Of a stretch of 64,000 nucleotides of DNA, positions 1-13,194 are shown one piece after another. Under the pieces are notes generated by a model that was not told where the DNA came from, ran no database searches, and was given only the letters and a program-made list of their open reading frames with translations. Position 1 is the stretch's first letter. Each line of letters begins with the position of its first letter. The translations under genes were made by a program, and so were the position numbers. Source of the stretch: Chiloscyllium plagiosum (lineage: Eukaryota); the NCBI RefSeq assembly GCF_004010195.1, contig NC_057758.1, positions 6,625,082-6,689,081 on the forward strand. Direction: 5' to 3'.

Positions 1-2715
1 TCCAAGCCATGTATTATCTTGTATGTTTCTATTAGATCTCCCCTTAATCTTCTAAACTCCAATGAATACAATCTCAGGATCCTCAGCCGTTCCTCGTACG
101 TTAGACCGACCATTCCAGGGATCATCCTTGTGAATCTCCGCTGAACACGCTCCAGTGCCAGTATGTCCTTTCTGAGGTGTAGGGACCAAAGCTGGACACA
201 GTACCCCAAATGGGGCCTAACCAGAGCTTTATAAAGTCTCAGTAGCACAACGGTGCTTTTATATTCCAACCCTCTTGAGATAAATGACAACATAGCATTC
301 GCTTTCTTAATCACAGACTCGACCTGCATGTTTACCTTCAGAGAATCCTCGACTCGTACTCCCAGATCCCTTTGTACTTTGGCTTTATGAATTTTATCAC
401 CGTTTAGAACGTAGTCCAAGCTTGTATTTTTTTTCCAAAGTGCAAGACCTCGCTTTTGCTCACATTGATTCCATCAGCCATTTCCAGGACCACTCTCCCA
501 AAGTGTCTCGATCCTTCTTCAGCTTCCCCACTTCCTCAGTACTACCCGCCTATCCACTTAACTTCATATCATTGGCAAACTTCGCTAGAATGCCCCCAGT
601 CCCTTCAACCAGATCATCCATATATAACGTGAACAGCTGCGGTCCCAACACTGAACCCTGCGGGACATCGCATGTCACCAGCTGCTATTCCGAAAAAGAA
701 CCTTTTATCCCAACTCCCTGCCTTCTGTCAGACAGCCAATCCTCAATTCATACGAGTAGCTCACCTCGAACACCATTGGCCCTCACCTTACTCAGCAGCC
801 TCCTGTGTGGCACCTTATCAAAAACGCCTTTTGGAAGTCTAGATAGACCACATCTACTGGATTTCCCTGATCTATCCTACTTGTCACCTCTTCAAAGAAT
901 TCCAATAGGTTTGTCAGCCACGACTCCCTTTCACTGAATCCATGTTGATTTGTTCTAATCCGACCCTGCTCTTCCAAGAATTTAGAAACCTTATCCTTAA
1001 TGATGGATTCTAGAATTTTACCAACAACCGAGGTTAGGCAAAGTGGTCTACAATTTTCCATCTTTTGTCTTGATCCTTTATTCAACAAGGGGGTTACAAC
1101 AGCGATATTCCAATCATCCGGGACTTTCCCTGACTCCAGTGACTTTTGAAAGATCTCAACCAACGCCTCCGCTATTTCCTCAGCCACCTCCGTCGGAACT
1201 CTAGTATGTAGCCCAACGTGGCCAGGAGATTTGTCAATTTTAAGACCTTTTAGCTTTGCTAATACTTTATCTTTTGAATGGCAACCATACTTAACTCGCC
1301 CCCCTGACTCCCTTTAATTGTTAGGACATTACCCATGTCTTCCACTGTGAAGACTGACGCAAAGTAGTTATAAGTTCTCCAGCTATTTCCTTATCTCCCA
1401 TCACTAAGCTTCCAGCATCAGTTTGAAGTGGCCCAATGTCTACTTTTGCCTGTCGTTTGCTTCTTATGTATTGAAAGAAACTTTTACTATCATTTCTAAT
1501 ATTACTGGCTAGCCTATCTTCACATTTGATCCTCCCCTTCCTTACTTCTCTCTTTGCTATCCTCTGTTTGTTTTTGTCGCCTTCCCAATCTTGTGATTTC
1601 CCAGTGCTCTTGGCCACTTTATAGGATCTCTCTTTTTCTTTTATAGATTTTCTGACTTCCTTTGTCAGCCATGGCTGTCTAATCCCTCCCTGGATAATCT
1701 TTCTCTTCTTGGGGATTAACCTCTGTACAGTGCCCTCAATTATACCCACAATCTCCTGCAATTTTTGCTCTACTGTCTTCCCCGCTAGGCTCTGCTTCCA
1801 GTCGATTTTCGTCAGTTCCTCTCTCATGCCCTCGTAATTACCGTTATTTAACTGTAACACCATTACATCCGATTTTGTCTTCTCTCTTTCAAACTGCAGA
1901 CTGAACTCTACCATATTATGATCGCCGCTCCCTAACTGTTCCCTTACATGAAGATCTTATATAAAGTCTGGTTCATTACATAACACTAGGTCCAGAATAG
2001 CCTGCTCCCTTGTGGGCTCCATGACAAGCTGTTCCAAAAAGCCATCCTGGAGGCATTCCATGAATTCCCTTTCTTTGGATCCACTGGAAACATTATTTAG
2101 CCAGTCCACCTGCATATTGAAGTCTCCCATGATCACCGTGACCTTGCCTTTCTGACATGCCTTCTCTATTTCCCGGTACATGTTGCGCCCTTGGTCCTGA
2201 CCACTGTTAGGAGGTCTGTACATAACTCCCATCATGGTTTCTTTTTGCCTTTGTGGTTCCTCAATTCCACCCACACAGACTCCACATCATCCGACGCTAT
2301 GGCATTCAGTGCCATAGATTTAATTTTGTTCTTAACTAACAAGGCAACCCCGCCCCCTATGCCCGCCTCCCTGTCTTTTCGATAAGTTGAAAATCCTTGG
2401 ATGTTTCACTGCCAGTCCTGACCCTCTGCAACACGTCTCTGTGATGCCTACCACATCATAATCATTCACGATGACCTGTGCCATTAGCTTATCTGCTTTG
2501 TTACGAATGCTACGGGCATTCAGGTAAAGTGCCTTAATGCTAAATTTCTTATCATTAGAGAAATTGGAAGTCATAAGATGTCCTAAGATATCCTTCCTTT
2601 TTGCTGCGTTCGCAGTCTGCCTCAAGTTTAAATCCTCCTGCTCACATGCTATCCTGCTGCTAATCTTTCCATTTAACTCCATACTCCCTGTCGCTTTCAC
2701 TTTCCCTTCCCCCCA
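1..2715 (-). mobile_element. CR1/HER1-type LINE, ORF2 (APE endonuclease + RT) with a few frameshifts; runs off the window start
   Basis: Minus-strand ORFs give IKALYLNARSIRNK...DVVGITET, GVMYRPP...MGDFN...PTREQAILDLVL, NCRPLCLTSVVGKILESII, QHGF...LTNLLEFF...VDVVYLDFQKAF; KFAND (FADD-like) near 575. Confidence 0.95.
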
Positions 2716-2721
2716 ACTATC

Positions 2722-3022
2722 AGATCCTGGGGATTTGTCCATCCTAATAACCTCGAGCCTACTCAACACATCTTCCCTACGCATGTCAACGTGATCCAGA
2801 CTGATCAAACTTCTGTCGCTAATCTCAACATTCGTCATGTTCCTCCCCTCAGTGAATAATAATGCAAAGTCATCTTTCAGAATATCACCCATTCTCACAA
2901 ATCCTTCCTTCATTACCCTTTATTTGACCAATCCTTTCTCTGGTTAGCCTCTTGCTATTAAATTCACAATAAAATGCTGTGGGATTCTCCTTAATTCTCT
3001 TCGCTTAAGCTATTTCATGAGC
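2722..3022 (-). mobile_element. Internal fragment of a second CR1 LINE
   Basis: Minus-strand translation MGDILKDDFALLFT...EDVLSRLEVIRMDKSPG, the CR1 ORF2 linker region. Confidence 0.8.
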
Positions 3023-3363
3023 TATAGACACACAGAGTCATCCCTACACGCACACGCTCAAACACTCACAAACGCTTAAACAAACAGACACACATGCATG
3101 CGCGCGCGCACACTCACGCACGCGCACACACACACGCAATTGCACACACGCACACACACAGAGGCACTTCTACGTGCGCGCGCACATACACAGGCAGTCC
3201 AAGACACACACACATACATATGCAGACACTCCCACAGACACACACATTCCTACAGACACACACTCGCAACTCATACATGCATCTTCTCACAGACAGAGCC
3301 CACCACAATCAAGTATTCTCTCTCACAGACACTCACAACCGCCCCCCCAAACAAGCCCACATG

Positions 3364-3421
<58 letters not shown>

Positions 3422-3936
3422 CATGTGGGCTTGTTTGGGGGGGCGGTTGTGAGTGTCTGTGAGAGAGAATACTTGATTGTGGTGGGCTCTGTCTGTGAGA
3501 AGATGCATGTATGAGTTGCGAGTGTGTGTCTGTAGGAATGTGTGTGTCTGTGGGAGTGTCTGCATATGTATGTGTGTGTGTCTTGGACTGCCTGTGTATG
3601 TGCGCGCGCACGTAGAAGTGCCTCTGTGTGTGTGCGTGTGTGTAATTGCGTGTGTGTGTGCGTGCGTGCGTGAGTGTACGCGCGCATGCATGTGTGTCTG
3701 TTTGTTTAAGCGTTTGTGAGTGTTTGAGCTTTTGCGTGTAGAGATGTCTCTGTGTGTCTACAGCTCATGAAATAGCTGAAGCGAAGAGAATTAAGGAGAA
3801 TCCCACAGCATTTTATTGTGAATTTAATAGCAAGAGGCTAACCAGAGAAAGGATTGGTCAAATAAAGGGTAATGAAGGAAGGATTTGTGAGAATGGGTGA
3901 TATTCTGAAAGATGACTTTGCATTATTATTCACTGA
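2849..3936. repeat. 1,088-bp spacer-less palindrome centred on (TA)n at 3392/3393
   Basis: Arms 2849-3392 and 3393-3936 are reverse complements; mirror ORFs 3094..3462(+) and 3323..3691(-); about 10 mismatches clustered in 3005-3145. Confidence 0.97.
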
Positions 3937-4252
3937 ACACTTTCAATACATTATCTGTGTTGGCACCAATTGTTAAAGTTCACTTGAGAATGTAACTTCC
4001 AAAAAAAGGTTTGTGATTTACACATGAAAGAAGTAAAACCAATATGGTAATTCTAACAAATGAGAGACGAATCAAACAATCAAGGTATTTTTCAATGTAT
4101 AATTTCATTTAAATGACAATGTCAATGTTTGCCATAAATTCTGTGACTTACAATCGAGTACTCCACAACCACCCGATGAATGAGCAGCTCTCCGAAAGCT
4201 AGTACTTCTATTTAAACCTGTTGAACTAAAATCTGGTGTTGTGTGATTTTTA
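3025..4252 (+). mobile_element. Penelope-like element 3' portion (CA-rich tract plus terminus), interrupted by the right arm of the palindrome
   Basis: Terminus CCACCCGATGAATGAGCAGCTCTCCGAAAGCTAGT...AAACCTGTTG...GTTGTGTGATTTTTA resembles a PLE terminal repeat with a decayed hammerhead core. Confidence 0.6.
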
Positions 4253-4254
4253 CC

Positions 4255-6660
4255 AATCTATCCATGCCTTTCAGCAAATTTTACATGGTTATCAGGACAC
4301 CTCTCAACCTTACTCACTTCAATGAGGAAAGACCTATCACCCTCAACCTTTTTGAACAAGACATTCCCTCCAGTTCAGGCAACATCCTTGTAAATCCACT
4401 CTACGTCCACTGTAAACCTTCCACACTTTTCTTGTAATGATGCGACCAGGAAGAAACACAATATTCCAAGAGTCGTCTAACAAGGCCTCTGTAGGGCTGC
4501 AGCATAATCCGTGACTCTTAACCTTAATTACTTCTATCTTGAAAGCTAACCCACAGTACGCTTTCTTCACAACCCTATCCACCTGCGTGGAAACATTGAG
4601 GGATGCATTAACATGAACCTCAAGTTAACTCTGTTTCTCCACACCTTCAAACAATCCTGCCTTTAACCATGTAATCTGCATTTAATTTCCACCTTCAAAG
4701 ACAAATCACTTCACAGTTTTCTAGGTTGAACTCTATCTGCCACTTCACAGCGGAACTCTGTGTCGTTGCAACCTAAAGCATCTCTCCACATTATTCACAA
4801 CTCCAACAACGTTCGTGTCATCAGCAGACTGACTAACGCACCCTTTCACCTTCTCATCCAAGCCATTTATAAAAATCACACACAGCAAAGATCCTAGAAC
4901 GTATACTAGCAGAACAGCGAGCTCCAGGCTGAATACTTTCCATCAAGCGTCACACTCTGTCTTTTTATGGGCCAACTATTTATGTATTAAGACAGACAGG
5001 CTTGCCTGTTTCCAATACGAATGTATTTTCTGACTGAGGCTACCATGGGGAACCTCATTAAACGCCTTAATAAAACCCAGATATAATGCATCCACTGCTC
5101 TACCTCCATCAACAGGTTTTGTCACATCCTCAAAAAAATCAATAAGTTTTGTGAGGCGTCTCCCGAACCGCACAACGTGGTTCTGACAATGTCTAAACAT
5201 TTATAGTTTTCGAAGCAATCGCAAATCCTGTCTCTAAGAATCCTCTCCAATAATTTGCCCACCACTGCCTTTAGACTAACTGGTCTGTTATTCCCAGGAT
5301 TATCCCTATCCCATTGTTTGAACAAAGGAATAACTTTTTCCACCCTCCAATCATTTGGCACAACTCCAGTTGGCAGTCGCCAAAGCAGCAGAAACCCCTT
5401 TCCAAGCTTTCTGCGGTTACCTATGGAATATTTCATCTGACTCATATTATTTAACAATCCTTACTTAATTCAAAATTTTCAATCCATCCTCCTTCCGAAT
5501 TTCAACCTTTTCCAGCGTATCAGTCTGCTTCACGGTGTCCTCAGAAACGTCAATTTTCTTGCAGGAGCGAATACTGAAGTAAAGTATTCATTATGGAGGT
5601 CCTCTGACTCCAGGCGCAAATTCCATTCACTATCCATGACTGACACTACCGTTATTCTGGCCGTCTTCTTGTTCCTCATACAAGTGTAAAACGCTTAAGG
5701 ATTTTCTTAATCCTACCCGGTAAATCTCTTTTTTTTGTTTTTACTTTATATCTCTCATCAGTCCGCTCTTTAATTCCTTCCTGGCTGACTTTTAACCCTC
5801 TGAAGGCCTGTCTGATCTTTGCTTCCTCAAGCTTAAGTAAGCTTCTTTCTTCCTCTTGACTAGATGTTTCACATTCCTTGTCACACAAAGTTCTTTCAAC
5901 CTACTATCTCTTCCTTGCCTCAGTGTGACAAACGTGTGCAGCACTACTAGTAGGTGCTTCTTAACCAACCTCCAAGTTTGTGTTGTGCTTTCCCCTGAGA
6001 ACATCTTTTCCAAATTTAGGCGCCCAGTTCCTGCCGAATGGCACAGGAATTCCCCTTCCCCCAATTAAACAGATTCCGTCCGGTCTGCTCCTACCATTCT
6101 CCATGGGTACAGTAAAGATCATGGATGTGTGACCACTATTATTGGAGTCCTCTATCACTGAGGGATCTGACAGCTGGCAGTGTTTGTTGCCAAGCACCAA
6201 ATCCAATGTAGCATCCCGTCTCATAGGCCTATCGGCATATTGCATCAGAAACCCTTCCTGGACACACGTGACAAAAACTGCTCCATTCAAACGATCTGAA
6301 CTAAGGAGGATCAAACTTAATTATAGAAGTTAATGTTACCTATGGCAACAACCTTTTTACTTGTGCTCTTCTCCAATATCTGTCACACAATCTGCTCCTC
6401 CGTGCCTCCGTTGTGATGGGGGCCCTAAAGAAGTCTCCCAATAAAGTGATTGCTCCTTTCCCGTTTCTGACTTCCACCCATACATACTATGCAGACAAAA
6501 CCACTTCGAAAATCTACCTTTTTTTCAGCTATGATGCTATTCCTGATTAACAATGCTGCTCCTCCTACTCTTTCACCTTCCCGCAATACCGTTCAAAACA
6601 TCTAAGCCCTGAACATCCAACAACCATTCATTCCACAGTGATATCCAGGTTTCCATACAT
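4255..6660 (-). mobile_element. Decayed CR1 LINE ORF2
   Basis: Minus-strand fragments CVQEGFLMQYADRPMRRDATLDLVLGN, PNDWRVEKVIPLFKQWDRDNPGNNRPVSL, VDALYLGFIKAFNEVPH, SADDT near 4820. Confidence 0.92.
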
Positions 6661-7460
6661 TGTTGAGATGACAGATTCCTTCAGTCCTAAACTCATGTTC
6701 TTTCGATGTTTGGACGGTGCCTTTTCTTCTCTGATTTGCCCGTCATTGAAACACGTCTCGTATCATACAGTACATTACTGCAGGAAGTTCAATCTTAAAA
6801 CGTGCATAAATTTTAATTCTGAGCCATATTTGAAAAGACAAATATTATCGTTAATGTTAACAGTTGAACACAGTAGACCATCCACCTGTGGGCGCGTTGA
6901 GAGATACGTAACGAGAACAAACCAAATTGATGCTTCTCTATTCGAAGCAAATTGATTGAGTTCACAACAGAGCAGTGTTCTTGAATTGCTTACTGAAACA
7001 CTTTGTGAAGAACAGAACTGTGTGCAGAGCTCCCCTGGCGCAGTCGATTGGGAATTGCGGAAGGTCTTTTCATTTGTGAAAGATCTGAGAGGGGAGATAG
7101 TGAGCCTCTCGAGCAGTTTCCATTCAGGGAGTGAGAAGTTGTTGGAAACTTTTGCCGGATTATAGTTGGACTGATCCCCAGGTCCGTAATTCAGTTACGT
7201 TTTTAATCAAAGAGTTATTGGGATTTGGAAGGTGCTGCCTGGGAGAGTGATGGAGGTATATTGCATACGAGATTTCAAAAGAATGGATTTCAGAAATGTT
7301 TTTGATCAGGATCGCCATGGCAGGCTCATTCAGAAAGTAAGGAGGTAGGGGATAGAGAGAAATTTAACTGTCCGGATAAAGAATTGTCTGGCCCATAGAA
7401 TGCAGAGGATGGTGATTGTCGATTAGTTTTTAGCCTGGATCTCAGTGACCAGTAGTTTTC

Positions 7461-7664
7461 ATCAACGCGGCGGAAGTGGCTATAGCAGTCGCTGTAGATT
7501 AGAGTCAAGTTTAGAGTGGTACTGGAAAAGCACAGCAGTTCAAGTAACATCCGAGGAGCAGGAAAACTGAGGTTTCACACAAAAGCCATTCATCAGGAAT
7601 CCAGATTTTCCTAATTCTCGGATGTTGACTGACCTGCTGTACTTTTCCAACACCTCTCTCATCT
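7461..7664. mobile_element. Short Penelope-like terminal fragment with inverted arms and a 15-bp target-site duplication
   Basis: Arms ~7504-7566 and ~7604-7668 are inverted; flanked by TGACCAGTAGTTTTC (7446-7460) and TGACCAGTGGTTTTC (7665-7679). Confidence 0.7.
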
Positions 7665-7692
7665 TGACCAGTGGTTTTCCACAGGGGTGTGT

Positions 7693-7987
7693 TTAGATTA
7701 GATTAGATTACATTACAGTGTGGAAACAGGCCCTTCGGCCCAACATGTCCACACCGACCCGCCGAAGCGCAACCCACCCATACCCCTACATTTACCCCTT
7801 AACTAACACCATGGGCAATTTAGCATGGCAAATTCACCTGACCTGCACATCTTGGGACTGTGGGAAGAAACCGGAGCACCCGGAGGAAACCCCCGCAGAC
7901 ACGGGGAGAATGTGCAAACTCCACACAGTCAGTCGCCTGAGGCGGGAATTGAACCCGGGTCTCAGGCGCTAACCACTGTGCCACCGT
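7693..7987 (-). mobile_element. HE1-type tRNA-derived SINE
   Basis: Minus strand reads CGGTGGCACAGTGGTTAGC (A box), CCCGGGTTCAATTCCC (B box), TGTGTGGAGTTTGCACATTCTCCCCGTGTCTGCG core, GAAGGGCCTGTTTCC and (AATCT)n tail. Confidence 0.93.
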
Positions 7988-9489
7988 TCTGAGACCTCTG
8001 TCTTTTGCGATTTATATGTCTGGAGTTAATGAATAAGTGGAAAGTTTGGTTAATAATTTTTCTGGTAACATGAAGATTGGTGGAGTTGGGAATGGTGTGC
8101 AAGGCTTTGTAGGTTGCAACAGGACATGGATAAGATGCGGAGCTGGGCGTAGATGTCGTAAATCGAAGGTTGCATTGGAATGCATATTACAGCGTTAACA
8201 GAGGAATCTTTGTATACACTTCTATTGTCACTCAAACTTGCCAACTACGTTGATTGAGTTGTTAAGTTAGTGCACAGTGTGTTGCCTTTCATTAGCAGGG
8301 AGATTGAGTTAATGTGCGGCGAGGTTATGCTTCAGCTCTGAAGAGACCTTGTTAGACGACTTTTTAAATATTGTGTTCTGATCTGGTCGCCTCAGTACAG
8401 AAAGGGTGTGGAAGCTTCAGAGTAGGTGCAGAGGAGATGCACCAGGATTCTTCTCTGACATTAATCTTTCTTCATCGGTGAAGAAAGATGTATGGTGTAT
8501 GGTGGAATCTTATGCATTTTCAGCAAGCACGCTTCCATTCGTTCCGAAGTTGGAGTTAAGTACGACCATGAGTGTTCAGAGACGTTGTTCCACAGGTCTG
8601 ATGAAGCTAAGACTTGAACCCAATCCTCCCAGCTCCGAGCTACGGACATTACCATTGCATACTTTGCAGGTACGGCATGCTGATAGGACATCTGGGAGAT
8701 CCTCTTCATCAACAATATTTGCAATATGAAAGAATGCAAGTGTACAATTTTAGACAGGCTGAGAATTCCGATTAACAGCTTTCTGATTCGAATAATTTTC
8801 CCTGCCAAGATTGCAGACAAGATTGCAGCCGACTGAATGAACGAAATTGATGTAACAAAATAGCTGTACTCTTCTGAACAACACGGTAGGCACTGATCCA
8901 AACGATGTTTCCCCTAATTTGCGATGTGGAAATATACAAATCGCTGCAGGCAGGTTGAACTGAGAAACAGAATGACAAAAAAGAAATACTGGGCTTCTTC
9001 TTATGAGCTCACAGCATGCATTGGTTGCATCAGTCATGGATACAATCACGATTGGCTACACTTTGGATTCCATTAAGATATAAAACGCTAACTGAGACAA
9101 GCTACAACTGGAATCAAGTATTAAATCAGTTTCCTGGACGTTTACATCACGAAGAGGACAAGAGAAGTTCGCCTGAGTAATGTTTGGACTGATGAAGATC
9201 GAAATAGATTTTTAACAGGAACAGGAGAAGTCATATCAACCCTCGAGCTCGCTAAATCATTTAATAAGCTCATGGCTGATCATTGGAGGATTCGATTGAC
9301 ATGCATTTGTCGAATTCTTGATACACCTTTGAAACAACAACAAAAAAACGCCTGTCTGAAATTTAACTTTAACAATAAATTTAGCATCGACCAGTAATTG
9401 AGGAAGGGATTTCGATTCCTCCACTACTGCATCGATATGCTTTACATGATCTCTTCACAATGACCTGGCACTAATTTCTACATTATAAC

Positions 9490-9640
9490 ATGGCATCACT
9501 GGCTGAGCCAAGCATTTCTTGCCCGTCCCGAATTGACCCTGAGAAGGTGGTGGTGAGCTGCTATCTTGAGCCGCTAGTTTCTATGCTGTGGTAGCCCCAC
9601 AATGTACTTCTGGAGAGAATTCCAGGGTATTGTCACAGCA
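9490..9640 (-). mobile_element. 3' end of a LINE (same family as 40200-40625)
   Basis: GGCATCACTGGCTGAGCCAAGCATTTCTTGCCCGTCCC...GAGAAGGTGGTGGTGAGCTGC is the reverse complement of the 40520-40610 motif. Confidence 0.55.
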
Positions 9641-9744
9641 CAGTTTTGACTTCAACATCAATCTTTGGAAATAATACATTTTTGTTAAATCTGCTTTTTA
9701 CTTTGTTAATGTCCTGAATGATAAAATGTCTACAGTATGAAATC

Positions 9745-9990
9745 AGGCCAATAGAGTCCACACTGACCCACCTATCTCGAGAAAACTACATTCTCCATGA
9801 GGAGCCCACTTCGTCTGCACATGCCTGGATTCCAGTGGCAACCTCAGCACAGTCAATCCACTGTCGAATGAAGCCGGTACACCCGACGTAAACACACACA
9901 GACACAGCGCGAACGTGCAACTTCCACACAGATAGCCGCCCCTGGATGAAATCGAACGAATGAGCCACCATGCTTGCAAACACATTACTC
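9745..9990 (-). mobile_element. Degenerate HE1-type SINE
   Basis: AAGCCGGTACACCCGACGTAAACACAC...GAACGTGCAACTTCCACACAGATAG...AATCGAAC matches the SINE core on the minus strand. Confidence 0.65.
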
Positions 9991-11419
9991 AAACGAGTAA
10001 ATTCTACAGAATAAACCTCAACTTGATTAATCTCTCGTGAAAACTTAACCTATGAAGGTCCACGTGTATTGTTTGTAATCATGGACTAAAATCCCTCCAG
10101 GACCAAATCCTCCTTCTTGAGGTCTGGAACCGAAGTCTGCTCACAGCACTTTCCGCGAGTTATGATTTAGGAACTCAAGATCTCTCTGTACTTTTTTTCA
10201 AATGTTTCTCAATTATAATGGGGTTTCTGCCTCCACCATTCATACAGGTGTGAAGTCCAGGTTCACAGTATCTTCTGAGTGAAATAAATCCCACGTCCCG
10301 TCGAAATCGTCCACGCCTTACTGTAAATCTATGCCTCAGGTCAATCATCTCTCCGTCAAAGCGAATAATTCCGTCCTGTCTACTCTGTCTATTCCTCTCT
10401 TCAGACCTCCCAGTCATGCCCGCTGTCAACTTTCTCTGTTGTGTAGAAAACATCCCCAGTTTGTTCGGTCTCTTTTAATAACTGAAACTTTTCAGCTTCG
10501 GCAACGTGCTGGTCAATCTGCTCACCCCACTGATGCGCCTCGCTTTGCCTGCACCTACCTGATATCATGTAGATGAAGTGAACACAATGCTCTCACTGTG
10601 GTTGTACAATGCTTTATGCTATTCCAGCAGAAACAACCTCAGCGGCATCAGGACTGACTCAGATATTTGGTCAAGCCTCCAAAGTACAGCCTGACCTTGG
10701 GATAGAGCCCTGAGCAGGGGATGAGCAAAACATTGCCCTTGCTACTTGGAGACCCGTTTGCACTGCAGCTTGCCAATGGCTCAGGGATGAACTACATTCC
10801 TCACTTTACCTCCTGACCTTCATCCCACTAACCCATCTTTATAATTGTTATGAAGTTGAAAGCAAAAAGATTCACTGTAAAGTAAATTGCGTTTTCGAAA
10901 TATTGTGGAAAAAAATAAGTGCAGGCCCAGCTGCCGTATTGGAAAGGTTGGGAAATAGGCTGTTGCAACATAGAAACACAAAACAATTGACTTTTAAATT
11001 GAGACATGAGTCTCCGTTGCTGTTTTGACACGAAGTCAAATTTAATCAATAACTTTACGTTGTGGCCCGGATGCTGAAACACATTCGAGGTTGAATTTAT
11101 TGTTTCGACATCATCTGACCAATGACATGGAATGATGTTGGGGGATATAGAAACTGTGCATTTTGAACATTTGGTCAGGAAGCCACTGCGACCCATTAGC
11201 CTAACAATTGCCATAGAGCTGGAGAGCTAACTTTCAACTAAAATCTTGCACTCAAAGAAATTAGAAGATACTTTCTATCAAAAGCACCTCTTCCTGTAGA
11301 AACCCTCGCCATGATAAAAATTAGACGAGGACACAGGGAGATCGGCCCACGGAAGATTGAATACAGTGGAGAACACAGAGACTGTGTGGACTTGAGATTA
11401 AGTTAATCTAATGTTTAAA

Positions 11420-11900
11420 ATCATAGAATATAATAACACAAGGTAAACGAGCTAGTGGAGTCCGTGTGGTTCCTCGAACTTGCTCTGTTATTCAATAAGA
11501 TCATGGCTGATCTATTCGTGTCCTCAGCCCCACTTACACCCGTCTACTCAACACAATTAATTCCTTTATTTAAAAACAAATAACCAAATCTTTTAAAATA
11601 TTTACTGAGGATACCTCAACTACTTCATTTACCAGGGAATTCCATAAATTGACAACTCTCTGGATTGAGAAGTTTTTTCTCAATTCAGTCCGAAATTTGT
11701 TCCCTCATTTATTGATGATATGCCCTCTTGTCCTAATTTCACTTGTCGGTAGAAGCACCCTCTCTCCGTCTGTCTAAACTATTACCTTCATAATTTGATG
11801 TGTTTCCGTAAGACCCTCGCTTAATCTTGTAAAGCCCAATGAATATAATGCCAATCTATTCAGTGTCTCCTCATAAAACAAACTCAATCTCTCCTCATTA
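11420..11900 (-). mobile_element. CR1 3' tail fragment
   Basis: TTCAATAAGATCATGGCTGATCT...GGAATTCCATAAATTGACAACTCTCTGGATTGAGAAG...TATGCCCTCTTGTCCTA, a typical CR1 3' end in reverse. Confidence 0.65.
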
Positions 11901-13194
11901 GTGTGTTTTGGAACAGCATGTTAAAAGATTGGGTTCAGTTAGGGGAAAGAGTGTTCAGTTAGTTAATAGTTTTGTACAGTGTTCTGTTTGGAACATATAT
12001 CGTTATTTATCTTTAAATAGTGGGGATTAAGAGTTAAGTGCATTTAAGGCCTGACAGAGAGATTTTATTTTAATCAGGTGGAGAATCGAACGTTATGGTG
12101 AAAAGATAGGAAGTGAAGATGATCAGATTAGCTATGATCCTCAAGTGGGCATTGACACGGGGCACGCTGACATAGCCACATCGACACAAAATGGTCGCTG
12201 AGGCCATAAATTGGCCACTGAGCTTAGAAGACGCTGTATTATTATTTGGAAAAGTACAGTTAAGCATGCATAGACACTGCCTGAGGCCAAGAAGATAGCA
12301 GCACAACAGAAACAGAACATAAATGCTCAGTTTAAGGTGGATGGTTAAGAGACTACACATCAGTAAGGTGTACTGCCCGCTGAAGTGTCTGAGACAATCC
12401 ACCACCTTCAACACAAATGTTAACTACTTGAGACGACTTGTTATGTAATGTTACTGCCGAAGATTTGTAGTAATGGAAAGCGATCTTACTTCTCAGGAAA
12501 AAAAAACGATTACAACCAATTGCTGCATCAACGGACTTTTGCCAATCTTCTGGAACTGACATTGACTCTGTAACATTCCTCTGAAACAGACAATGATTCT
12601 GTAATTTTTCTCCAAACAAATCATGCTGCCCAAAGAAAGGATCGGTACCTGGTCATGAAATATATAAAATTTCGTGACATGCGCTCCGAGGGCGAGAGAA
12701 GGCTCTTAGCTGTCAGCCGTGCTGCCGGACGTCTCTCTCTCCTCGGAGATCCAGTTTCTAAGCTCGATTAAGTCTATTGTTGAACCCCGATTCTCACTCC
12801 GAGACTGGTGATTTTACCCATAACAATCCCATTAAGTGGCGGAGCAATCTCGATGGACACTCTCTCGCAAGAATGTCCTGGTTTAATAAGGGACACCAAA
12901 ACAAATCACAATTCGCCAGTCGTGGTCTCACCGATGCGCTATATGACTTCAGTGAAGCATCCCTACCTCAAAACTTCAATCCTCTGGTGCTAAACGCCAG
13001 TCTTCAAATTACGTTCCTCATGTCTTACTCCAAGTCAAGCAATCAGTATACAATTGATTTACAATGAGCGCACAGATTCCAAGCAGCTTGAGAAAGAGGA
13101 TCATGCAGGATGATGACTGCTTCGGCTTCAGAGCCAAATATCTCATTAGAACCTTTGAACCATTCGGGAAAAATGACTGGGTCACCAAATCTCA

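Larger units (their letters stand above)
7195..8455 (+). mobile_element. Patchwork of CR1 RT/3' fragments hosting a PLE hairpin and a SINE
   Basis: ATGGATTTCAGAAATGTTTTTGATCAGG (MDFxKAFD-like), GTGACCAGT.. (VTSGVPQG-like), GGTGCAGAGGAGATGCACCAGGAT. Confidence 0.75.

Noticed and set aside
422..937. 171-aa plus-strand ORF (likewise 60627..61202 and 55230..55628)
   Set aside because: Antisense frames of CR1 ORF2
3094..3719. His/Thr-rich and Cys/Val-rich ORFs on both strands
   Set aside because: Translations of (CA)n/(TG)n microsatellite mirrored by the palindrome
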